A stretch of DNA of 63,800 nt, the filler included, from Collodictyon triciliatum (Eukaryota): the NCBI GenBank assembly GCA_043381765.1. It is 9 parts of 9 records of this genome, joined end to end, with 100 filler letters (N's around TTAATTAATTAA, not from the genome) between each part and the next. Parts side by side here need not be neighbours in the genome. Positions count along the whole stretch, not along the records: positions 33,250 to 41,454 come from JBHJMP010003532.1; positions 41,555 to 49,757 come from JBHJMP010003533.1; positions 49,858 to 58,054 come from JBHJMP010003534.1; 6 more parts are not named here. One strand, given 5' to 3'. The position numbers and the translations under genes are program-made. Numbering within the stretch: the stretch's first letter is position 1; every line of letters begins with the position of its first letter. The notes under the pieces were generated by a model, which was given only the letters and a program-made list of their open reading frames with translations, made no database searches and was not told where the DNA came from. Positions 36,977 through 54,264 of the stretch are shown here, in pieces.

Positions 36977-39900
36977 CTACATCGCCTTTATGGACTTCTG
37001 CACGGAGCCCAGAATCCGCTCGATCGCTGCGATGGTGCTCGCCTCCAGTCGCAGGGCGCACGATAGCTCTATTGCCAAAGGAGTCGAGGTGAGGCGGTGT
37101 AGGCGGCGTCATGTGCGCCCGGACACGGGTCAGTGATTCAGAGGTGCAGACAAACCCAGGAATCCCAGCAGAACCGTCGGCAGACGTGCAAAGTGCTCCT
37201 TGTCCAGCAGTCCTGGTACGCGTTTGAGTATGTGGATGTGTAGTAAGAAGTTCGAGTTTTAATCTCACGGGATGCATCGTTCTGTTATCTAGCGGTGGTT
37301 TTTTTTTTTTTTGAAACGAATGGAGGGAAAAAGATACCCAGAAATATGTCATGGTTGGCTCTGTTGTCTTTGATGATGATGCATATTAGAACAGCTACGT
37401 ATGCACCTTTCATGATGTTTTCAATATCCTGTTGCAGATGGTTTATCGTTAGTGCTGTGGTGCATTATGGCTTTTGCGTTGTTGCTTCTTATTTGGACGA
37501 AGACGCAACCAATTAGTACAATGAATGAAATAACAGGAAAATAAGATATATCAAGTAAGGATTCGAAATTAGGCCCAACAATGACATGGAAAATGACATG
37601 ATAATTAATACATAGGGCATAATTTCATTTCATTCTATTTTTTTCAAAAGAATACATTATAAATCAAAGGTGTTGTTTGTGAACCTGTCCGGTGGATTCA
37701 CTTAAGCGACAAAAATGCTTCGACAGGTATTGAAATGCATTAAGCGAAGAATCCGAACTTGATGCACCTGGAATGATAAATTGTTTATTTTCATTTATAG
37801 CCAATTGAAATTATAAATTATTTACAACTGATTGAATTAAAGTTCGATACATAGAGCATTCAATACGGGGAAAGTAAAAAAAAAAAAAAAAGAAAGAGGG
37901 AAAATACTCCTTGTTTCGATTAACATTCCAGAATTAATTTTCATGCGATCTGTTCCGTAAAAAGGATTTATAAATACTTTGGATCAATTCCTTGTTTGTC
38001 GATCCATCTTCCACAAGGTTGGAGATGAGTCCTAATATCTTCAAAAAAAAAAAAAACAATTATTTTTTTTAAAAAAAAATTGATACAGTAATACAGAAAA
38101 TTGATACATTTGTTTCAGTAAAGGTTCTTTTTTTAAAAAAAAAAAAAAAAACATTTTTTATCAACTGCTGACTTTAAATTATAATATCTTAAAATTTACC
38201 ATCAGCTGTTCATCAAAAGTTTCATTAGAGTCTAACTTTAATAAAGAAAATAGAAAACTGAAACCCAAATTTACTCCAATGGCATCGCATATATGCCCAT
38301 TTCTATACATGAAAAATAATGAATTTCACTTTTATCATAAATATGTCTGAATAATTATTTTCTAGACTTTGGGGATAAGAATCAAAAACGAAAATGAAAA
38401 AATGAAAAAATGAAAAAATGAAAAAAATGAAAAAACGAAAAAATGAAAAAACGAAAAAATGAAAAAAATGAAAAAATGAAAAATTATTCAAAGACAAAGA
38501 TGAAGAAAAAGGGAGAGGTAGATGGTCAAGCTCATCAATATAGGATTAAAACAAATTATTTATAAAAAAAAAAAAAAGATGAAGAGAAGTATCAATATTT
38601 ACCCATTTGATATGTTCATTAAAATTTTGACTGTAGTATTTTCACATATCATGCCTAAATTTCAATGTATTCATTAAAGATAGATGCATGCTATTGAATT
38701 CCTTCGAAAAGTATATTAATATTCTTAAAGAAATAATCAAAGCTTACAGTATGGTATATGTTCCGTTTCCAGCTTCAACTTGCAATCTAAAGGAGAAAGG
38801 AGACTCATAAATCGGTGGAATATTGTGTATGAAATAGTGCGATGCATGATGTTTTCTTGATTTCATACGTAAGTGTGAAGTTCTCAAAGTGTCCATGAGA
38901 AAATTAAGGTGAGCATCAGTTCTGCTCTTATTAAAGGCCACATAGTATACTTTAGTAGAATTTATTGAGGTTGATGGAAGAATCCCATCCAAAATGCTAA
39001 GTATATCAGCTACAAACATCCAAGCTCCCCTCTGCGAAAATAAGAAAGGAAATAAAATATATATTCATAGATGACCCTTTTATTTTACCTTTTCGTATTT
39101 AAGGTACTTATGCAGTTATTTGAGTCTAATGTTGGTCAAGTATTGTATCAATTAATATATGATGAAGACTATAGTAAGTAAATGAATACATTGGACTGTG
39201 AGAGTAAATCATCGGACAAAATATCAAATAAGAAGTCTACAGTGGCTTGTCCGCTTGTGGTTCTAACACAGAAGAATTTGGTTAATACGAATACACCATC
39301 GTATGCGCGAACCCACGCAAATAGGATTCAGATAAACCTTTAAAAAAAAAAAAAGGTATGGCAAGCTTGAATATACCTCGATAACTCTTTCACTTTTTTG
39401 TGAATGGTAAACTTCTTTAATAGGAAAGAAATAATTAGGGGAATCTTGACCTATGGACATAGAATTCGGTTATGTTCCGAAATATCCTAAGCAGTTGAAA
39501 ATGATAATGATAATGATAATGATAATGATAATGATAATGATAATGATAATGATAATGATAATGATAATGATAATGATAATGATAATGATAATGATAATGA
39601 TAATGGTACTTCAGAAGTGTCCAAATTGTCGAATGGCTCATAAACCCGAATAAAATCGGCTACCTAGGTTCCAGTGTGTGCAAACAATGATGATAATCAA
39701 TTTATATGTATATCAGAAATTAGCGAGACTAAGTGTTTTCGTGCACCAAAAATTGTTCTCCAAAATATACCGGATTATCAAATTTGCATTTTTCATGTTG
39801 TAATTTTCGTCTCCTATAATTTATGAAACATTGTCAATTATTTTATCTATGAGGGCGTATGTTCTCCTATTGTACAGAAACCAAATTAAATTAAAGTGAG

Positions 39901-41192
39901 TGAAACCTTTGCGTTAAGTGATCTTTAGTCATAAAAAGTACGTCCAAAGCCCATTTGCATAAGGAAGTATTTACAAGTTCTACATTTTTTTCATCTTGCA
40001 TTGACAAAAATAGCACAGCCACTCTCAAATTCATGTTCACCTGTGTGACATCGGGCTCATTAAGGGCATTTTAAGACATTAAAAATGGTTTTCCCTAAAT
40101 CATCCTTTAAAATCAGTGCCTATGAAGAAAAATAGAAAAATTACGCAATCTTGACTACTATCTTCTGTGCATGGATATGAGGATATCTCCGAAAGAATAT
40201 CAGTTAAAATACTCCTCTCCTTCAGCATCGCACGAGTATCAGCTTCATGACATATTTTTACAATTTCTATCAGGCTATAATGAGAAAAAAAGCTTCTTAA
40301 AGAAAGAAATTCTATGTTGATTAATACATATATATTCAAACTCTACTGATTTGTGAATTCAAAATAAAGACATGAAAAATCAAAGTATCAATAATATATA
40401 TCCATGAAAATAATTTGGCCATACAGTCACCTCTTATTCTTTTCTTCAACCTTTATTTAATAAATTATTGTTTTATAAGTATGATTCAAAAAATCGCAAT
40501 TTTTATATAACGGAGATTTCCAATAATTGTTCATCAAGCATTCTTACAATTCTATAATCATATATTTATATAAAGCACATCAACTATGTTAAATATAAAG
40601 AATGTTTAAGGAAAGAAACACATACATCCATTTGACCAAAACCCATCATGTGGTATTCAATCTCGTCCTCTAAGGCTTGGACCATTCCCTTCTCGGTCAA
40701 ACCTTCTGCCTGTCCTTTGTCAGAGAAAGCCCTTCTGATTACTTGGCAAGGGACTTTATGTTTCATTCCCTTATGATTTAATCTATCTGAACTTTCGTCC
40801 TGGTCTTTTTGTGAGCTGTAATACTCCAAGGAAGAGGCAGAATCAGCGGAGAGCGAGCGATAGGTTCTTAATTTTTTGAGCCGGAGAAGCTCTTGCTCTA
40901 AGATGGTATCACTTTCTGATATTTGTCTCACTTGTGAAGAAACAGCGCATTGGAGACTTCCTAGGGAAGGGTCTATATTCGTGCTTGATTTATCTTCAAC
41001 TGGAAGTTGTGGACGTCCAGCATGGACGGTCTCACTTTGAATGTTTGAGCTTCCAACGAAGCTATTTTTCTCCATCTTGACCCGTTTTCTATAGGTTTTT
41101 TGGACGGATGAAAGCTCTGAGGGCAAAACGCTCTCCAGACTCGCCGGCGCACCTTTGCCACCAAGTTCCATCGCTGTGTGCTCTGTATTCAA
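36977..41192 (-). CDS. WAPL: Wings apart-like cohesin release factor (multi-exon)
   Basis: Disordered N-terminus, then EKGMVQALEDEIEYHMMGF, LIEIVKICHEADTRAMLK, ILGLISNLVED, LIGC and C-terminal LLGFL|ELSCALRLEASTIAAIERIL, in the order expected for the WAPL domain. Confidence 0.68.
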
Positions 41193-41689
41193 AAGAATAC
41201 CTCAGTGCAAACCCCCTTCTCTTGAAACGAATTAAGGGGGAAATTGTTCAACAGAATAGTTTGGGGTTTAGATTGTTCGTTCTCATGACAAAAAAAAAAG
41301 CAAAAGGTTAAAATTCCTCTGTCTTTCTGTTTGTTTGCTTTGTTTTGTTTTTTTGTTTTTTTTGTTTTGTTTTTTTGTTTTTTTGTTTTTTGTTTTTTGT
41401 TTTTTGTTTTTTGTTTTTTGTTTTTTGTTTTTTGTTTTTTGTTTTTTGTTTTTTNNNNNNNNNNNNNNNNNNNNNNNNNNNNNNNNNNNNNNNNNNNNTT
41501 AATTAATTAANNNNNNNNNNNNNNNNNNNNNNNNNNNNNNNNNNNNNNNNNNNNAAAAAGAAAAAGAAAAAGAAAAAGAAAAAGAAAAAGAAAAAGAAAA
41601 AGAAAAAGAAAAAGAAAAAGAAAAAGAAAAAGAAAAAGAAAAAGAAAAAGAAATCGAAAAAAGAATAAGAAAAAGAAAAAAGAATAAGA

Positions 41690-44600
41690 AAAAGAGGCTT
41701 CATATGATTTCATAATTTCCTCCAGTCTTTTTGGTAAGTAACCAACCAATTGCTTGTTTGCTATCTTCACGACAACTGCTTGGAATGGCTCGCCAGTTAG
41801 TGTTTCTATTTCTTCCTTTGAAGATGTCAGCAAATTAAAAGCCCCAAAGACACTTTTATATCCTGCTCGAAGTCCCAGCCCATTCCAATCGCCGTCGCTG
41901 ATATTTTCGAAGGCAGTGGAAAAAAAGGGTTTCTTTTAAGATCCAAAAGGTTATCTAATTTCGAAATATGAAAATGCAAAATTCGAAAACACAGAGAAGG
42001 TAAAGCATATATCTTCTGGAGAACCTCGTGATAGCGCCAAGCATTCCCCGCGCCTGCAGTTTTGTCATTTCCTGACGTGATAGAGAACGCTTTCTGATGG
42101 AGTAGAAACGAATTAGAAGATGAACATTGGGGCTAGATTTCGAATTGCTATTACACTCCGTCATATTCCGTGGAGTTGAAATTATCCATCAGGTCGTCGC
42201 TATGGTTTGGACTCAGCCTCATTTGTCCTATATCCACAAAGCCATATATTATTGGAAAAATAACGCCTTTTCCGCGTATTGCGGCTTGGGTAGTTGAGAT
42301 AAACGATAAATATGAGATGCAAACATTAAGGAGTAATTTCAACCACTACCTCCCATTGCCCTCATATTGAATGACTTCCACCGTGATGCAGCACTAAGTC
42401 TTAAAGGCAAGTTTTAAGTAAAACACTCAACAGATGGTAAAAGGTAAATATGAGCTATGAAAGCAAACAAACAAACAAACAAACAAACAAACAAACAAAC
42501 AAACAAACAAACAAACAAACAAACAAACAAACAAACAAACAAACAAACAAACGAATAATACAAATAATAAATAAAAGAAAATTTAAAAAATATTAAAAAT
42601 AAAAGCAATAAGAGTATTATTGATTTTAAGACTATTCTTACGAGGGTTTCTCACTCTTTGCCGGCGGGGTCTTCAAAAAAATTCAAATAAAAGAGAAAAG
42701 AAACATCAAATTACTTATTTTGTTCTTGACAAATACAACTGATGCACTATAGAAGTATTTTTTTTTGATTTTCTTCTATTTTCGAAAATTCACGAACTTG
42801 GAGTCTTTGGAAAAATTGAACTATCTTTTCTTCGATACTGGGTCGCGGAGTCTATATCAAACCGTAAACAACAAGGACTTCGCAATTGTTCTTTAGTACT
42901 ACGCACCACATCATAATGAAAAGCATACCTTTATTGTTTTCATCAACAATCTGCTTTGCTCTATGCAAAAAATAATAATTGCATTGGTACTTTTTCATAA
43001 ATCATATTTTCATCTCTAATATGCAATAACTGCCGCCCCCCAAATCATGGAAAAAAATGCAAACCTCGCCCACCGATTAAAAGGATGCTTAGCCTCCGGA
43101 TTCTAGAGTCAAAAGCTTGCTTCAAATTGTCAAGTTGATCTGATTGATTAAGGCAAAGTATAAACTCTGCTTGGCGTTCTAGTTCAGAAAGCAAGAAAAT
43201 TCCCAAAATACCATCGCTCTTGTTCAGTCGTTCAACAATGTACTCTGTCGTTGTGTGTGTCACGGATGAGATTTTTGGATAATTGCCAGTCTTTCCTATC
43301 AAACCATGCCTGTCTTTTGCATCAAATGAAATCTCGGTGTCTTCATCGAATTCAAGACCATCGTTCATCCTATTAGCACCATTTGGATCAAAGGAATCAG
43401 CTTCGTCATGATACTCACTGGTCACATCACTGCCCATGCCATCATCCGAGTTTGAAGCGTCCAAAATGTTGGCACTCGATGATTTTCGAGACAAGTCACT
43501 CGATCCGCTCTTTTTTTTCCCAGGCGGGCGAAGCCTTGCTTTGTCAGACTTTGAATTATATTTCTGGAAACGAGCATCCGTGCCTTCGATGCTTGTAGTA
43601 TTTGTTAGCTCCTGTTGACTCTTTTTCGATGGGCGCCCAGATAATCTTTGTTGCACGCGCTTTTCCACCTTTCTATACTGCACAGCTGATTCATCCATTG
43701 CTGTGATTGTAACAGGCTCTGTATTGACAGCAACAGACATCGAGTGAGTATATTCGATTTCACCTTTTCCTGTTCGGTTGGTGTCGCTTTTTCTAGTTGT
43801 CTCCTCCTCTTTACTACCACTACTTGACTTGCCAGCAGAAAGTGGATTTTTCTGGGTGTTCGCTCCCAAAGATGGCGACTTGGTGACTTTCCTGGGTGAT
43901 GGGGGCACCCTTGAGGAAGATGAGCTTTTTCGACGAGCTGATATGGGGACATCAGCATTATTAGTGTCTTCGTAAGACCCTTCATTTGCGGCATAATCTT
44001 CATCAGTCGATGTTAATCTTGGAGTAAGTTTGCTCATTGTATGTGCGATCTCTTCATCATCAGTTGCCAAAGTTCTGATGGCTTCAGATTCAAACAAGAC
44101 GACCTCTGTTGTCCCCACTGACTTTGAGTGGACAACAGGAGGGATTGGTTGACGCACAATAATTTTTTCGTAGTCTGAAATATTAAAAAGGAATCAGAGC
44201 CTATTATCCATGACCTTGCAAAATAAAATGATGTTTTCATGCAAAAAATAATAATAATGCTCTGAATTAAAATAAATTGTGAAAAGTCTTCTTCGAGTGC
44301 ATGTGCTTTCTCTTTCTTTCTTTTCAAAGTAATCACCTTGAAAGTCTCGAGGGTCAAGATTCTCAACTGATAGAAGTTCGCCCTGTGTTAAAATTGAATT
44401 TTAGATAGATATATACAGCCTTTTAATACTTGTAAGCCGTGGATATACCTTTTGGTCAACAGCTTGAAGGTCAGACGTGGATAGCCTGCAATCGAAAATA
44501 TTCAAAAAATAAAAAGCCGGAGTTGGCCATTTGGTTGGCTACAAAAACACGTATCACACGCAATGGAAATATAAATACACTTAAACCATAATATATATAC

Positions 44601-47600
44601 ATGTGTTCCATGATAACCATAGTAGGCAGGGGGCTTGTCTGGCAGGATGATTCTTCAAAGATAATAGGTTTCGCTTGTACAGCTTTATCACACTTCATAT
44701 TTAGATCTGGATTTACATCTACGTTTGCATATACATCTCTTATGTAATCATCATTTTGAGCTTTGCTTGCATCAATCGCATACTTGTTCGAGACCTATGT
44801 GTACAGTTCAGTTGTTTTGATACAAAATAATGAGGTTGAGGGGATAAGCAAAATCCTAACAGTTGATTGTGAATAACTATATCATTTACCCTGCTCAACC
44901 TGTCCATTCTCATATTCGGATTTTCTTGTGGAAGCCGCAGCATATTTGAAAAGTCTTCAAGACAGGCGAACGAAGGCAAAAACTCTACTTCAGACAGCAT
45001 TTCATTCTTGCGGTCAAGTTTGCGGAGGTCCTCACATGAAAGGTGTCTACGAAAGCGTTTCATGGTTTTAGAGCAGGGCTCTTTTGGAATGTACCTGGTC
45101 GACCCGACTGGCCAAACTTGCGTTCCACACTCTACAAATTTTCTGAGATCCAAAGTCTGGACAGCATTATCCCTGGTATCTGGGAGCACCTTGACCTTGT
45201 GGAACGTTTGCACCTCAACAGTACGATAAAAGCCAGAGTTGATTTGCTCCTCTATTTCAGCTTCAGTCATTCCATTCTGCATTCTGTCGTACTCAAAATC
45301 CTCTTCAGAACCTGACCAACGTGATTCATCGTCAAGTTCATCGCCTTTTGAGTTCTTTATGGCAGTTGGATTGAAGTGCAGTGGATAAACTTGGGTGAGG
45401 ATACTGATGTCTTGAAGCGACATCGCCCCTCTTTCTTTCATGCTGGCCTTCATCGGGTGAGGGGCTTAGGAGTTAAGCCAAGCAGGTTGCCATTTTTTTT
45501 TTTAGTGTTATTTAATTTCATCATCGGAATTGAATACACACTTAAAAAACAAACTCGTCTTTCTTTTTATCATTACTATACTTTAATGTTGATTATGAGT
45601 TAGTAAATAATTTGTACCTATTGCCTCGGAAATGTTGCGACCACCATTTTGCGATTTTGCTTTTTTCTTCAATTCAGTTTTCAGCTTATCTAAATAAGGT
45701 CATGCTTAGATAAATCACAGGTCTGAAGATGCTGTAGAATGAAAATGTATAGCCTTCTTTCAATATGAGGGAATTTGTAATCCAATACCTGTAATTCCTC
45801 TCAAACGAACAAATTCTTTCTCCATTTTATACTGTTTTGAAGAATGACGAGCCATAAGGTCTTCGATTTTCTTTTCCAGATTTTCGCATTCGACAGACTT
45901 TTTAGACAATGCAACTTCGACACTGTAAAGTAGAGATAGGCGAATTCATCAAATTTAGCTAGTTTTCTTGTGAACTAAAAGTTTGAGGCGCGAAAAGTGA
46001 AAATGAGTATGCCACATTGTATCATAGAATCATACGCAGAAAATTCGCCCATTTTTTTCATAGCCTCTTCTCGCTCGATCCTCATTGTTTCTATTTTTTC
46101 CAATTAGTGTAATTTTTACTCAAAAAAGTAAGAAAGAATAAGTATGAGCTATATGTGGAGGAAAAATAGCACAAACCAGAGTCGGATATTTGCTTGCGTA
46201 GAGACATAATCATCGCCTCACTTTGCTTCAAGTCATACGATAGTCTGAAAATTCTAGATGCAGCCATCTTCTTGCTTTCCTCAACAGCTTCGCGTTCTCT
46301 TTTGGAGGATATCATACGAGATCGTTAAAAAAACTTTTTTTTCTCATCTTAGACAAAATATGGCTTAAATAAGACATCCAATACCTCACTGACTAACCAA
46401 GATATCAAGAGTAAACAATCATGATAAAAAAATCAGAATGCCTATGATAAAGGTTTACTTTCTCATCTCAGATATCTGGTCACTAAGCCTCTGTATATTT
46501 TCTTCAAGTCTGATGAGATCAAACCAAATAGAGATACTTTCATAATAAGTACTATTATTTAATGGATCAAATTTCAACAAATCAGGCAAATAATTATCGC
46601 TAAACACAAAATCGAGTATTTTCCCATTTACATGCGTTCCTCGGTCCTTAGCTCCACAATGGCATCCTCCTCTATTCAGTGGATTCGATAAGAGTTTTAG
46701 ATGGAAGAAATTTGTCATTAACTCAGTCATGGGATCAGTAAAGTGAAAAAGAATATTCTATTCATTTAAAACTTTCCTTACGCTCGTTTATTTTTACACG
46801 AAGTCTGTCATTGTCAGATGAAACTTTCTTTATGATTTTGGATTGGAAACCCCAAACAAGTTCCAACAAATCTCCACGTTCTTGGCATGCCACAGAGACT
46901 TGGCGAATCAGTTCGTGGTAGCATGCTTCAAAAATTTGAGATAAATTGTGCACGTTGCTTGAACCTAATTAATTATCTCTATCAAATTTCATGGGGTCAG
47001 GCCTTGCATGGGAAATGTTGGTGATAATATATCCGTTGCTATTATTTTAGCTTCGAGGAAACAGAAAACGTTGAAAAGTTGATATCGCACTCAAAAGTTC
47101 ATTTGCTTGAAATAATGTGTCGAATGTGTCTCCTGATGAATATTTAAGCTTTTCTAATTCCTTTTCAAGCCATTTTTGAACGATGATAGCTTCCTTTCGT
47201 GAGTACGGTCCACGCGCCGGAAGCATACTGAAGTGCCATTTCCCGTCCGCTAATTAAGTAATAACGAAATATCCAAATAAATAAGAAAAAAACTTGCAAT
47301 CTTAAAAATTGAAAGCAGTAAAAAAAAAAAAAAACTGCAAAAGTATAGGGCGATATTCACAGATAGGGGGTGCATGAACATGACTATAATCGCATGATTC
47401 ACTCACATCCAAGAATGGGGCTTTGAAGGTCTTGCATTTCGTCTTTTGACACAGGGGGCAGAATGCTTCGAAGCAATAGTTGCTTTTTGGTAAATAAATA
47501 TTCGCATTAAAACCTTGGGTGCGAGTCCTTCGTCTTATATCAGTATATTGATACAAGTTTCCATTAGAAGTGTAGCTGGTCTATCAATTTCTTTTTTACT

Positions 47601-49145
47601 TAGAGTGGCTCAACAATCAATAGTGAAAATTACATCTTGAGCGCTGATGCCTGCTGGCTCTTGCGGAACTTTCTTAAGCGTTTTCTGAGTTAATTGTAAT
47701 GATTAATAATTTAAATAATGTTAATTTAGCAATATTTCGAGCGAGAGGTGCAAAGGAAAATGTGTCACGAGTCTTATTATTCAATCATACGGGTCTCAAC
47801 TCCTGTGCATCTGATTTCGTTGTTGAAGCGGCTAAATTCGGTTCGATGTTCATGATTAGAAAAACAATTCAGATGCAATTGAATTATTGACTACTGTATG
47901 GTGATATAGAGTTGACGCACCTGTAAAAAGCCGCCCTGGAGCTGTTGTTCCTCTATACTCCTCTTCCACGTCTCTCACTTGAAGTGTCACACCACGGACT
48001 ACACGATTCAGAAAATAAGAAGAAAAGAGAAAAGAAGAAAATACAAGAGAGGATAAGAGGAAAAGAAGAAAAGAAAGAAAAGAAAGAAAAGAAAGAAAAG
48101 AAAGAAAAGAAAGAAAAGAAAGAAAAGAAAGAAAAGAAAGAAAAGAAAGAAAAGAAAGAAAAGAANNNNNNNNNNNNNNNNNNNNNNNNNNNNNNNNNNN
48201 NNNNNNNNNNNNNNNNNNNNNNNNNNNNNNNNNNNNNNNNNNNNNNNNNNNNNNNNNNNNNNNNNNNNNNNNNNNNNNNNNNNNNNNNNNNNNNNNNNNN
48301 NNNNNNNNNNNNNNNNNNNNNNNNNNNNNNNNNNNNNNNNNNNNNNNNNNNNNNNNNNNNNNNNNNNNNNNNNNNNNNNNNNNNNNNNGAAAAGAAGGAA
48401 AAGAAGGAAAAGAAGGAAAAGAAGGAAAAGAAGGAAAAGAAGGAAAAGAAGGAAAAGAAGGAAAAGAAGGAAAAGAAGGAAAAGAAGGAAGAGAAGGAAA
48501 AGAAGAGAAGATACTATAAAATACACAACATTATTACTAAACCAATGAAGCATAAAGAGTGAGACACATGCCTGGCTTATCCACGCCACTTGCACTGACA
48601 GACTCTCTGACACGCACAGAGCTCCTTAATGCAGGCGAGCTCGCCACATCGAACACATCCACTGCGACCGGAGGCGAAGCAGACGGGCCCCATTTCGGCC
48701 GTGCCCTTTCCTCCGCTGTGTGCATGGGCGCATCCGAGCGCTCATGAGAGTCCACGTCCATCGATGCTGGCCGTCCAGGAAACGCTGCGTGAGTCGATCC
48801 CGAGGCACTGTGGGACTGCTGCGGAGGCGCACTGGATCCCAGTAACTCGCGCACATACTTCGCCTGGGCCTTCGAAGAGGTATTTGCCAGAAAGAGGCGG
48901 TCGCTGCCTTCTTCGGTATCCTTGGCCGAGCTGAGTGGACGTTGGCCGAGCGGCAGAAGAAACGACGGGAGAATGCCCGTGTGCAGTGGCAGCGGTAATG
49001 GCGAAGGCGATGTGTTCTTTGGGCGAGAAGGCGGTGTTGACGTGTCGATCGGGCTGTGGGCCGCAACAGGGGACGAAGAGACTGGGTTTGGCTTTGTGGG
49101 GCTGCTTGGAATGGCGCGGCCGGAGACGCTTGGGAGTTGGCTCAT
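41690..49145 (-). CDS. Large multi-exon protein with an axonemal dynein light chain domain (PF10211-like, AXDND1-type), coiled coil and long disordered region; both ends uncertain
   Basis: PYSRKEAIIVQKWLEKEL...IFEACYHELIRQVSVACQERGDLLELVW is characteristic of this domain; long open exons at 43045-44157, 44740-45453 and 48537-49154. Confidence 0.72.
48060..48505. repeat. Intronic 9-mer purine repeat (AAAGAAAAG to AAAAGAAGG) spanning a true scaffold gap (48166-48389)
   Basis: Directly visible; this gap has no linker motif. Confidence 0.9.
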
Positions 49146-49286
49146 TCGGCTCAAGCCGGCGCTTGCAGGGGGCGCCTTGCTCTTTGGTTTTGATCTAGGT
49201 TTTCGACTCGGTGGTGTCGCTGGGTGGTTTGTGAGGTAAAAGAATGTGCAATCAAGCTTGGAAATGAACGCTTTACTGGCTTCATG

Positions 49287-49757
49287 TTTTCTTTTTTCGA
49301 TTTTGTGCAGGATGGTGGAGATGTTGTTTTGGCTCGCTAGCCTTTGTTTGCATGGACGCTACTTGGTGGCCGGGTGGCGGAGAAGTAGTCGGTAATCAGG
49401 AATTGCGTCCTGTGGTTCGGCCTGTAGCCTGGGTCTTGTGCATGAGAGAGACAAGGCGAGGTTTAATCTCCTTCTCAGCCTCTTTCCACATGTCTCTTCT
49501 CACGGGGTCGGAGTAGTAGAGAACGTGCATGCGGCGAAGAAAGCTGTTGAGAAAAGAGATTTGTATGATGTCATTCAGCCTGTTATCAGGAATGGGTGGC
49601 TGGTTGTTGAGTCTTGCTTTGCGTGAGTATATGCGCGCTATCCACATAGTCCATAGCAAATGGCCTCGCGTCACTGCCCAGAATGTTTTTGCATCTGGAC
49701 GCAGCTGTTGCAGAGGCCCAAATATCGCCTGGATTGGGCCAACAGCTGCAGCCGTCT
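49287..49757 (-). mobile_element. Probable 3' end of an L1/Tx1-like non-LTR retrotransposon (ORF2 C-terminus plus short 3' UTR)
   Basis: Intronless frame AIFGPL...FWAVTRGHLLWTMWIAR resembles the L1/Tx1 ORF2 C-terminal LW.IW..R motif; stop at 49396; short A-rich end; cut by contig end. Confidence 0.55.
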
Positions 49758-49857
49758 NNNNNNNNNNNNNNNNNNNNNNNNNNNNNNNNNNNNNNNNNNN
49801 NTTAATTAATTAANNNNNNNNNNNNNNNNNNNNNNNNNNNNNNNNNNNNNNNNNNNN

Positions 49858-49903
<46 letters not shown>

Positions 49904-50205
49904 AAAAAAAAACAAAAAAACAAAAAACAAAAAACAAAAAACAATAATCATAACCAAAAAAACATCATAAAATATAAATCAAAATAAATCAAAAAAAACA
50001 AAAAGACACAAGAATTACCGAAAAGACATGAGGAAGCAGAGAAATCAATGCTGACGTAGCGCATCCACAACGGTCTTTTTGAAATTTTGAAAGCTCATCT
50101 ACTTTTCTGGAGAATATTATATTCTACAATTGGAACTACGAACGCAGCAGATCTGTCGCGCGCAAGGATTCGCAAGCGAGGGTCAGCAAAACACTTCTGC
50201 GAGCC

Positions 50206-50251
50206 CCACATAGACTTCCACATAGACTTCCACATAGACTTCCACATAGAC
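50206..50251. repeat. 12-bp minisatellite (CCACATAGACTT) x ~3.8 upstream of ATG4
   Basis: Directly visible. Confidence 0.85.
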
Positions 50252-50386
50252 ACGGACAAACATAAAAAGGAGGTCGTGACCTTGAATCAGGTGCCCATGT
50301 TAATAAGTTGCTCGTTCGTAGAGAATTGCCGAGAATTCGGCGCAGCAGAAGCAGAGACGCGGAGGCAGGAACACCAGAAGGATCCG

Positions 50387-53673
<3,287 letters not shown>

Positions 53674-54264
53674 AAGTAGAATAATTGCTATATTTCATAG
53701 TCTATTCATCGAGAATGTGACAGCTATGTAGACATCACTCCAATACAGCTTCCTGTTCGCACTTTACGAATAATCCGAGTTGTTTGCTTCAAGGCAGAAT
53801 AAATGTTTGCAAGCGCACAGACATGGTTAATCACATGGGATTAATTTATTTTTCTATTACATCTCTATTTCATTTCTTTTTTCTTTTTTCTTTTTTCTTT
53901 TTCTTTTTCTTTTTCTTTTTCTTTTTCTTTTTCTTTTTCTTTTTCTTTTTCTTTTTCTTTTTCTTTTTCTTTTTCTTTTTCTTTTTCTTTTTCTTTTTCT
54001 TTTTCTTTTCATGAAATCACAACATCTGAAGCACACGGTTGGTGCTGTACACTAGGCTTCATACATTTAGGATGATTCAGGTGTATCCCACTAACTACGA
54101 AAAGTGTATATGGAAATCCTTCTGTGGTAAGGTTCTATAGGGTAAACGATCCTCAAATCTCTTATGTTGCGGGACGGCTTTATTTCATTTCATATTTTCA
54201 ACTTGTACTCGAGAGGAAGTCAGTCCATGTAGGATATACGTCTCATCCATAGCCAGCTGGGTTG

